From Proteromonas lacertae (taxonomy: Eukaryota): a stretch of 32,662 nt of DNA. The notes beneath the pieces were generated by a model. The model searched no databases. It had not been told where the DNA came from and saw only the letters and a list, made by a program, of their open reading frames with translations. Both the position numbers and the translations under genes were made by a program. Numbering within the stretch: the first letter of the stretch is position 1; the number at the start of each line of letters is the position of its first letter. The DNA lies in contig NGBS01000585.1 of NCBI GenBank assembly GCA_002245135.1, forward strand, positions 310,001 through 342,662, given 5' to 3'. Positions 23,896 through 32,662 of this stretch are shown here, in pieces.

Positions 23896-24882
23896 ATGTG
23901 TAAAGTTGTATTTCATCATTTTATATGTTGTTTATTTGTTTTTATGATATTCACTCTGTCATTGCCTATTCTCTTCCCACTTGTGTTGTTTTATATTAAT
24001 CAACCTGAAATAATAAAATATTATTTCGATAGAAATGGATCAGTTATAACGCCTATTGATATTAAGTGGAAATCAGAAAGTCCTTTATTTCATTCAAAAT
24101 ATATAATGATGCCAATTCAAATAAATTCTTCAATCCATCCTTTTACAATGTATATAAGGAAAAGTAGTGATCTAATATCCAGTTCAATACTACAATTTGG
24201 TAAATGGCCTGAATGTGAGGATTATTTAAATATATTCAAAGACATTGAGAATTCACTTCATATAACAGGTTCATTTCTAGATATTGGTGGTAATATAGGA
24301 GCTTGTAGTTTATTGTTTCTATCGTATAACATTAAAACAATCATATTTGAACCAATGCCAGACAATTTGTATTTATTAACAAGTAGTTTGTTAATAAATC
24401 CATCATTCTTGAATATAAGTGAATTATATCCAATAGCATTGGGAGAAAAGGAAGGTAAAGGAGAAATAAAAGCATCATCCAATAATTGGGGAGGATCTTC
24501 ATTAGTAGCAAGAATACCAAGAATAAATAATAAAGTGATAAAGATATTTACATTAGATAAAATATTGAAAGATAGAAATGAAAAGATTTTATTGACTAAA
24601 ATTGATGTAGAAGGTTATGAGTATAATGTGTTGAAAGGAAGTATTATGAAATTGAAAAGTAAAGATTTAATAGCAATTATATTTGAAGTGAATTGTTATA
24701 CTTTAAAAAGTGTGAAAGTTAAACCGTCAATGATATTTAAGTTTTTAGAAGATATTGGTTATGTAATATATAATAGAATGAATAGAGTATGTGATGATGT
24801 GGATAATGTAGTTGCTAATGTTTTAGCAATTCATAGTGTATATTATAATTTAATAAATATAACTCATTTTGCTAAATACTAG
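23896..24882 (+). CDS. FkbM-family SAM-dependent methyltransferase with N-terminal membrane anchor; intronless
   Basis: FLDIGGNIG, FEPMPDN, PIALG, TLD, KIDVEGYE, IIFE; hydrophobic residues ~10-34. Confidence 0.9.
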   Translation: MCKVVFHHFICCLFVFMIFTLSLPILFPLVLFYINQPEIIKYYFDRNGSVITPIDIKWKSESPLFHSKYIMMPIQINSSIHPFTMYIRKSSDLISSSILQFGKWPECEDYLNIFKDIENSLHITGSFLDIGGNIGACSLLFLSYNIKTIIFEPMPDNLYLLTSSLLINPSFLNISELYPIALGEKEGKGEIKASSNNWGGSSLVARIPRINNKVIKIFTLDKILKDRNEKILLTKIDVEGYEYNVLKGSIMKLKSKDLIAIIFEVNCYTLKSVKVKPSMIFKFLEDIGYVIYNRMNRVCDDVDNVVANVLAIHSVYYNLINITHFAKY

Positions 24883-25016
24883 ATAATTTAATATGTGGAA
24901 TTTAATATTTATTTGGGTTTTAAGGCATTTGTTTATTGTTTTGAAGAAATTATTTTCATACACCACTTTTTTTTTCAAAACCCATTTTGTAGTAGTTTTT
25001 CGTTTTAAAAATTATA

Positions 25017-28000
25017 ATGAAAATTAGGAACTTAATAAATATTTTTCTACTGTTTCTGATTGTATTTATTGTCTCGTTATTTGATTATAGTCAGCATATA
25101 GTTTTAGTATACATCCATTGTCAGATACACAAAGCCTAAGCAACACACTTCGGATAAATGGCATAGTAGATCTAAGTCGAAGCAATGACGAATCTCAGCA
25201 AGGTATTTTTATGTTTTCTATGTTTTTTAGATTTTTCTATATCAGTGGGTCTATACTCTTGGAAAACCATTACAAATTTAAAGGGTGGAATATGCATATC
25301 CAGGGATTGTAGTAAGAATAATATTCGAAGAAATGTGTCTCTATCTTTGTGGATGCTTGAGATATCTTTTAGATAAATATATAAAAATAAGAAATTTTCT
25401 TAATTAAATATAACCTTCAGAAACAGAATATTCAAAAATCAAATCAATCAAAAACCACATCAACTCTCTGTGTGATTCTAATCCAAAAGATAAACCTATA
25501 TATTTTATAACACCACACAATGAAGCATATATAAAATTGAGTATTATTAGTTGTATTATTTAATGTTCAATAGTATTGGAGGAAGTAAATAAAACATCAG
25601 AATTGGGATGTAATTTCTTTGTAATGGTTATGTCTGGTAATTCTTACTTCTTTAAAGACAATAGCTACAAATATTTAGGATCAATAGATCCTTCAGATAT
25701 CTCTAAAATGTTGAAAGCATTAGAATATCCAATTAGAAATGATTTAATACGAAGAATTGCCATAATTACTTATGGTAATAATGATTATAATAAAGGAATA
25801 AAAGAAGAAGAATACATCACTCAATACTTTAAAGATTACAGTTTGGAATTCAACGAAGAATGCACAGTAATATATGGAAGGTCAATTTGTTTACCTTATT
25901 TTATAGATGTATAATAATAAACTACTATAATAATAATTATTATTATTTTAATAGTTGACAAAAGAAAGAGATATTGAAAGAGCTAAAGTAATAAAGAATA
26001 CTCTTTGTCCATTGAAGGTGATAGAAGATACAGATATATTAATAGTAAATGTAATTGATACTATGTGGGCTGTAGTAATCTCCGAATTAGATAGTTGTGA
26101 TAAACGATTGAACTATATTATGTTTTTTTCATCATCAAAGTTCTTGTTTATTGATAATGTAAATCATATTGAATACACAGTGGATAATAGCATATTACAT
26201 AATAGAAATACAATCAATAATAAGTATATATATATATGATATTACTATTATAAATAGTAAAATAACAAATGAATTTATATATGAAATATATGAGTATGTT
26301 ACTCCATATATAGAATATATAAATAATAATATAAAGTTAAAATATATCTCTACACCGGATAATAAGTTTCTATTTCGTGGATATGATGTTGGAATATTAA
26401 TTGAGAATCATATTTCACAATTTAGTAAGTCAAATGATCAAAGTAAAGTAGAGAATATATTTAGTAATGGTTTTACTGGAAATACATTTGAATCATTTAT
26501 AGATTGTATAATTATATATAATTAATTATATATAGCTTATATCCATATTACAGATAATGGTCAATTGTTAATATTACCAGGTGGAAATACATTAAATACA
26601 TATTATACAAACATATTGATAGATGATCGACATATGAATATTGGAGATAATATTTCACTAACAAATAGAGAAGTTTTACTTTCAGTAAAGTATATTAATT
26701 ATTATTATTATTATTATTAGAATACCAATAACTGCTTCATCCTACCTATCTTCACTTGTAGCAAAACCATTAACAATTATATATGAATATGGTTTTACTT
26801 ATTGGTATATTTATTATTCAGTTTATGTTGTATTCCTTTTAATAATAATCAGATTTGTTATTGCTGAAAGAAAGTATATTATTATTATTATTATTATTAT
26901 TTTGTTTTATATAGACATTTCATGTTTTTTTATTCCATGTTTTATGTCATTGTTTTCATTATAGTAATAATATTTTCAATGGTATATTTCTTAATGTTAG
27001 AAATTGACCCAAGTCCAATTATTTGCACATTAAGAAATGTATTTAATGTTATTGGATTTCATTGTTCTATTCTGTTTATGTTTATTGTTCAATACTTGGT
27101 AACAACATTGAAACCACCACCAGAAGTACTTAAGAATGTATTTCTGTTCATCTTTTTAATGATTGTAAATGTTGTATATATTATAATAAGCAATGAACCT
27201 TATCAAGCTACATATGGCTATTCAATGTTGGATGGTTATAATGTGCAATATTCATGTTTTGAAGTTCAAAGTACAACAATTTTTATATTTTATGAAGTTA
27301 TTATTATATTTATTTGTGCAAGATGTTATGTGCTTTTGATGACAGATTTTCTATCTACAACAATGTATAAATATGTTGCTGTTATTCTAATTTATTATTT
27401 GGTTGTTGTTGTATTGAATGTTGATGGTATAAAGAATGAAATAAATGAGGTATTTAAAGTAGAATATATCGTTCATTATATATTCTTTGGAGTATTGATA
27501 GTGTTGACAATGATATTTTTTGTATATTATTATTATATTTATATTATAGATATTTTATAAAAGGCATTTTAACGAAGTTTATTTCTCTCATTATAATACA
27601 CCTGAATATAAATTATCATGTATTAGAAATCCATTATTTTTCTGTTATTTTCTAAGCAAAGATAAAAAGAGAGTAACACCAAGTTTATCACATCATTTAA
27701 AAGTATATGCTCAATTGGAAGAGGCAAAAATAGATTTTAATCACTTTAAAGGATTATTAGGAAAAGCAAAAGAACATTTATTAATATCTGAAGTTACAGT
27801 GGCAAATGTAATAGCAGCAACAGAAGATGAGAAGGATGAAAAAATGTTGATTTTAACTAAGGAATTACAAGAGCATATTATTAATGATGAATTTTGGAAT
27901 AATTTTCTTTCTTCGAGAGATTTTGCAGTTTTATTAACAACTTCACAAGAATTAACAGGTGGATTTTATACATTAAAAATACCAATTAAAAGGATAATAT

Positions 28001-28389
28001 ATGAGAGAACCTATTCTATATGGACAAAACAGAAAACATCATATGCTAAACAGAATCAATCCATGTATAATGGATCAACTTTACATAGATCAAATTCAAC
28101 ATATGATGATAGTGGTAATTCTGAAACAGGTAGAGCATCAAGATTATCAAGAACTAATGGAGGAAGTAGTTATTATGGTCATAGTGTTAGGCAAACTTCA
28201 TTTTTCACAAGTAATGTAAATTCAGCAGCACCCAATGGACCTGGACCAGCAAAGAAAACTAAACAAAATGAAGGTACTAATTTGTTGAGAGTGTCGCACA
28301 GTAACAATACAGCAAATCAAAACAGAACTAGTCTAAAACCCAAAAATGTTTTATCTTCCAGATCTTATGGAAATAATCTGGCAGTGTAA
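25017..28389 (+). CDS. Class-C-GPCR-like receptor: signal peptide, periplasmic-binding (Venus flytrap-like) ectodomain, 7TM region, RGS-like domain, Ser/Asn/Gly-rich tail; 10 introns
   Basis: PBP1-like LRINGIVDLS...VGLYSWKTITNLKGGI...YKYLGSIDPSD...IRRIAIIT; about seven hydrophobic segments including ICTLRNVFNVIGF; RGS-like CIRNPLFFCYFL...LQEHIINDEFWNNFLSSRDF. Introns 25062-25090, 25203-25230, ambiguous intron 3 within 25312-25420, 25541-25573, 25909-25954, 26224-26257, 26506-26535, 26690-26720, 26874-26914, 27522-27549. Confidence 0.65.
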
Positions 28390-28590
28390 ATTAGGATCTT
28401 ATAGCTTATGTTTTTTATTTATCTAGAGTTTTATAAAGTTATGATGTTTTATTGTTTGTGTGATCCAAAAAAAGTGTTAACTAATACACTCTTGCATAAT
28501 ACTCCATAGAATTATGAAGAAAAACAAAAAATGCAAAATAAAATTGAATTCTTTCCAGCCTTTTTTAAATAGGATTATTTATATACAAAA

Positions 28591-30009
28591 ATGAGTAATA
28601 ATAATTACTATATGATGGACCGTGATGGCCAAAATATGCGGTACCCTAATTATGGTGGCGCAGCTGGATGTATAAAATGATGTTAATATTGTATTTAGTG
28701 CAGAATATGATGATGGCAGCAAGGAACCCAGTACACATACCCCAACCTTATATGTCTGCTCCAATGCATAGTATATATATTTATAGTAATGTTTGTAATA
28801 GATGTTAACCCAATGGCGACGAATATGCAACCAAGACCAATGTATGATCCAAACAGTGCAATAAGGACAACAAATCCACCAAGAATGACAATGGATCCAA
28901 ATTCTTTTATGTTTAGACAACCAAGACCAATGAATCCACAAATTATACCACGACCTCAACCTGGTACTCAACAAGTCATACGTCAACATACAATGACACC
29001 TTATGGAATGCAGAGAGAATTTCAACCAGGAATGTATGAGAATTACAATCCACAGACTTTCATCCCACCAAACAGTTCAGGTAATCCAAACCATCCAGCA
29101 TCACCTCCCATTGATTACAATAGTACAGGTGCTACACCAGGTACAGCAGGGGATGAATACCAATATCCAGTAAGACCAAGATTATCACCACCATTAACAG
29201 CATCAGTACAACAACAACAACAACCAAATCCTCAAATAATCAGATCACATCCATCTCCACCACTACCAACACAGTCTCCAATTCCAAATCAATCATCTTT
29301 ACCATTACAACCAACTCAACCAACACAACAATCTCAAGTGATAGGAATGCCAATGAATATACCACTTCAATATCCAATACAATCACTACCACCACAAGCC
29401 ATTCCACAACCACAGCCAATACCATCCCAACAACAACAACAACAGCAACAGATACAACAACAAGAACCATTAACAGTAGAACAACAATATGGAATTGAAG
29501 GTTTAAATCGTGTAATGAAAATGGATGGTAATAGTGATTTAGAGATGTTAGCATTGGGATTAGATTTAATGTCACTTGGTTTACCACTTTCTACTAATGA
29601 TAATATATATAATACTTTTGTATCACCATTAGTAGATAGTGGAAGAAATGTATCTTTATATCCTCCTAATTTTTCAATACCAACTTGTTATCAACATATT
29701 ATTCCTCAATTAACTGAAAGTTTATTTACTCATTTTTCTTTGAGGACTTTATTTTATATATTTTATACAATGCCTGGTGATATAGCTCAAGCGTATGCAA
29801 TGAAGAGATTATATGAAAACGGTTGGATATATAATAAAGTGGAGAAGAAATGGTATACTACAAATAATACTAAGAATAATGGATATCATTATTATGATGT
29901 AAATACATGGGATGATAAACCAAAATGGTGTAATGACCCACTACCAGGACCTGAATCAAATTATGCAACAATGGAAGAAGTGAAAGAGAATTGTCCACCA
30001 TTAAATTAA
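28591..30009 (+). CDS. NOT2: CCR4-NOT subunit NOT2 with Pro/Gln/Met-rich N-terminus; 2 introns
   Basis: YGIEGL, LALGLDLMSLGLPL and NOT-box TLFYIFYTMPGDIAQ...LYENGWIY. Introns 28670-28698, 28771-28801. Confidence 0.9.
29428..29463 (+). repeat. (CAA/CAG)n polyglutamine tract in NOT2
   Basis: Encodes QQQQQQQQIQQQ. Confidence 0.9.
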
Positions 30010-30195
30010 TAAATAAATCGTAAAAAATAGATTTTGAAAAATAATAAATAATAAAAAAAAGATGTAAAACCGATCTTTTCCTGCAAATTGTTTATGTTTT
30101 ATGAGAGATTTTTAATTCAATCAAATACAAATTTTGTTATATAAAAACATTTTTTTTTATATATATTCATAATTAAATATCAACAAAACAAACAA

Positions 30196-32233
30196 CTAGC
30201 GTTTTGATTTCATCTGTTTCTCTATTTTGCTCAATTTCTAACAAAATTATATAATTTACAATATATATATATATACATGAATAATGTTTTGTAAACCATC
30301 GTCTATCATATTAAGAGTATTCTATTTAATAATAATACTTCTAATAAAAATACATCAAATTTTCTATTCATTTTGATATGTAACAGACTAGAGTACAAAC
30401 TATTACAATATTCATTAACTTCATGTACTGAATCAATCATTGGACTTGTAAATTTTGTAGAAGCTATACTTTTCTCTAATTGTCTAATTCTTTCTTCCAA
30501 TAAGTCTTTTTGAGATATTTCTATATCACTTTTCACTAGTTTTTGAACTGTATAATTGGCTTGTTTACTCAATTCTTCAGTATAATATAACTTTCTTTCT
30601 AATTCATCAATTTTCTGTTCATAATTTAACTTCATTTTGTTGAGATTATAATTGTTTAATTCATATTGTTTTGTTATGTTATTCTCTAATAATTTATATT
30701 TCTGATTGTATTCTGCTTCTAATTGTTCTTTATATCTCTTTAATTCTTCATTTTCAATTGCAATGGTATTTCTGGAATTCCCATTGACTGTTTATTGTAG
30801 TTATTATTTGTCATAATTGTTGTGTTGTTGTGTTGTTATTCTGTAGAGATGATTTCTTCAACTTTGGAACTGATTTTGATCTTATTTTTCTTAGTAGTTT
30901 TGGGTTTTGTTCTATCAATAGTAATCACAGTAGAATTTGATGTTGGTAATGGTGTATAAGATGATGATGATGATAAATATGTTGATTGATGAATTGAAGT
31001 ACTATAATTATTATTATGATTAAATTGTTTTGTTAATGGCTTCTTTGGTCTTAATTTCATTCTTTTAGAACTTTTTGGTTTTGGTAGATTTTGAATTGCT
31101 GTATTGTTTAACACTAATTATTATTATATACATAAATAAATATATATACTTGGTGCAGTAGGTATAGTAACATCATTACTTGTAGTTGTATAATTATTAT
31201 ATAGAGGAATATTAGGTGTAAGATTATCATTATTACTATTGTTAATATATGAAAATGAATGTTGTTGTTGTTGTTGTTGTTGTTGCATTTGTTGAACTTG
31301 TTGGATTCTACTTATATTATTATTATTATTAAAGTTTGATGTATTTTTTGGTTTAAAAACACATCAGAACTTATATTGATATTGTATCTAACTCTTTATG
31401 ATGAATATCACTACTAATGGTATTATTATTATTATTATTATTATCTGATCTATATTATTGATGTATTTCATCATATCTTCACCTCCAATATTCATATTAT
31501 CCGTCATAATGATGATGATGATTGAGATGAATTAGTATTTGGTTTTGTTGACATTATCTTTGGTTTAACTGGACTTACTCCATCTGAATCATCTGAAGCA
31601 TGGATTTGACTTAATAGCAAATTCATTGAAGCTACAAATGTATGAACTTCTATTTGTTATTAATATATTAAATATACTATCTTTATCATTACCTATCATT
31701 GTTACTTTTTCATTACTTGTAAATATCTATTATAAATATATTATTACAACTTTTAATATATAATACAACATCAAATCTATTATCTGTTGGTTCTTCCCAC
31801 AATTGAAATACTTCTATTGCTGTGATTGGCACACGACTTTGTGAATGCTATTTATATATTAATTATGATTTAATTATACAGTATTTTGAAATACTAATTC
31901 CATACTCTCTGGATTGTAAGTTATAAATTCCTAAATTATAATTATTACACCTTATACATCGATAAATCCATCTTTTATTTCTCTCTTAAATTTACCAGTT
32001 AATGCTTGATAGTCTAATTCAATAATATACTGTTGTTATACTAGTAACAGTAACAACTTTGGGCTCACTTGAACTAATATCCATATCGCTTTTACTGTTG
32101 CTATTTTCATTGTAATCTGAGTTTTGATTAATAGCAGGATCATAATATTCAACCGATTCTGAATTATCAGTATCTCTAACACTTAAAAAACAAAAATATA
32201 CATAATATTAGTAGTATACATATTTGAATTCAT
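30196..32233 (-). CDS. Unknown multi-exon protein (PH-like N-terminal domain, Q/N low-complexity middle, coiled-coil C-terminus); frame disrupted at about 31360-31510 and 30780-30840
   Basis: Clean in-frame splicing via introns 32182-32219, 32014-32041, 31931-31957, 31848-31879, 31727-31766, 31650-31677, 31114-31149, 30322-30353, 30238-30276, ending in TAG 30196-30198. Beta strands followed by helix EVHTFVASMNLLL suggest a PH fold (weak). Could be more than one gene or a pseudogene. Confidence 0.5.
31261..31285 (-). repeat. (CAA)n polyglutamine microsatellite
   Basis: (GTT)n on the plus strand, in frame as poly-Q in the minus-strand gene. Confidence 0.85.
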
Positions 32234-32346
32234 TATTTTTTGTATATTTTGTTGATTCAAACAAAAATCAGATTTGAAATTGAATTTGAATTTATATCAA
32301 ACCATTCTAAGAAAAGCTCGACTGTTTTGTTTTGTTTTTTATTAAA
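32234..32346. promoter_or_regulatory. 113-bp bidirectional promoter containing AAGCTCGA (32314-32321)
   Basis: Divergent ATGs at 32233 (-) and 32347 (+). Confidence 0.55.
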
Positions 32347-32662
32347 ATGTCAATAGTAAATACTCAAAGCTCAGTAGATTCTAGAGGAAGAAGAGGCGGA
32401 TTACGTATACTATATTTTTTCATCATATAGAACCAGGAAAGCAGTACTTATCAACTGAAGGTATAGATGAACTAGCTTTGGAATATCAAACATCTACTCA
32501 AAATAACTGGAGTCAAGAAAGACATCAAACTCTAGAAAAACTACTTCGTAAAGCTAATTCTGAGTTTTATGATCGTTTATGTAGAATGCAGGATTGTTAT
32601 AAATTAGCAAAAGAAAGTATGAACATTAGTTTATAATAATCCAATATAGATGGTTTTGAAGA
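32347..32662 (+). CDS. 5' part of an unknown gene running off the window
   Basis: ATG 32347 after AAA; introns 32405-32430 and 32617-32649 keep an open frame MSIVNTQSSVDSRGRRGGLQPGKQYLSTEG...CYKLAKENGFE. Confidence 0.7.

Noticed and set aside
25328..25376. Hairpin GTGTCTC...GAGATAT followed by AGATAA (H-box-like)
   Set aside because: Relies on several G-U pairs, ANANNA is common in AT-rich DNA, there is no second hairpin or ACA box, and the stretch is better explained as coding.
26690..26914. (ATT)n arrays as functional or CRISPR-like repeats
   Set aside because: Simple microsatellites filling introns, with no repeat-spacer structure.
119..29587. Antisense or overlapping ORFs (119-322, 6865-7059, 8394-8612, 11272-11481, 13922-14236, 13972-14199, 15116-15349, 17534-17749, 19696-19917, 20886-21092, 22209-22400, 22735-22995, 24258-24482, 28001-28219, 28579-29025, 29240-29587)
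   Set aside because: Shadow frames of well-supported genes, with no recognisable motifs.
1..32662. Alternative genetic code as the cause of ORF fragmentation
   Set aside because: GT-AG micro-introns explain nearly all breaks, and conserved genes use TGG for Trp and CAA/CAG for Gln with no in-frame stops.

Overview
Gene-dense, very AT-rich eukaryotic nuclear DNA (roughly a quarter GC by eye) using the standard genetic code. The ORF track is fragmented because the genes are split by about 80 tiny spliceosomal introns (mostly 25-46 nt, GTA...TAG), which I spliced by hand. Tiny introns, short intergenic spacers and TGTT-rich elements after stops suggest a Blastocystis/Proteromonas-like stramenopile (inference). 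Seventeen complete genes plus one partial gene: a catalytically dead Fe-ADH-like protein, a three-domain paladin-like phosphatase, a TM RING-H2 E3, a BTB-BACK-Ig-SPRY-like protein, RPL7, a ZnT9-like transporter, a Rab8-like GTPase, NOG1, a variant cathepsin B, a Crinkler/RHS-type NTPase, BBS4, UBA3, PRODH, an intronless FkbM methyltransferase, a Venus-flytrap-7TM-RGS receptor, NOT2, a frame-disrupted PH/coiled-coil gene and a truncated unknown gene. Best leads: two recurring, apparently mutually exclusive promoter motifs (WAGCTYGA and AAAAATAKRGTCGTTTY); a probable non-canonical, U12-like AT-AA intron in the receptor gene; the VFT-7TM-RGS architecture next to BBS4 and Rab8; and a 118-nt RPL7 intron with 109 consecutive G-free bases. 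No rRNA, tRNA, CRISPR or clear transposon was found.
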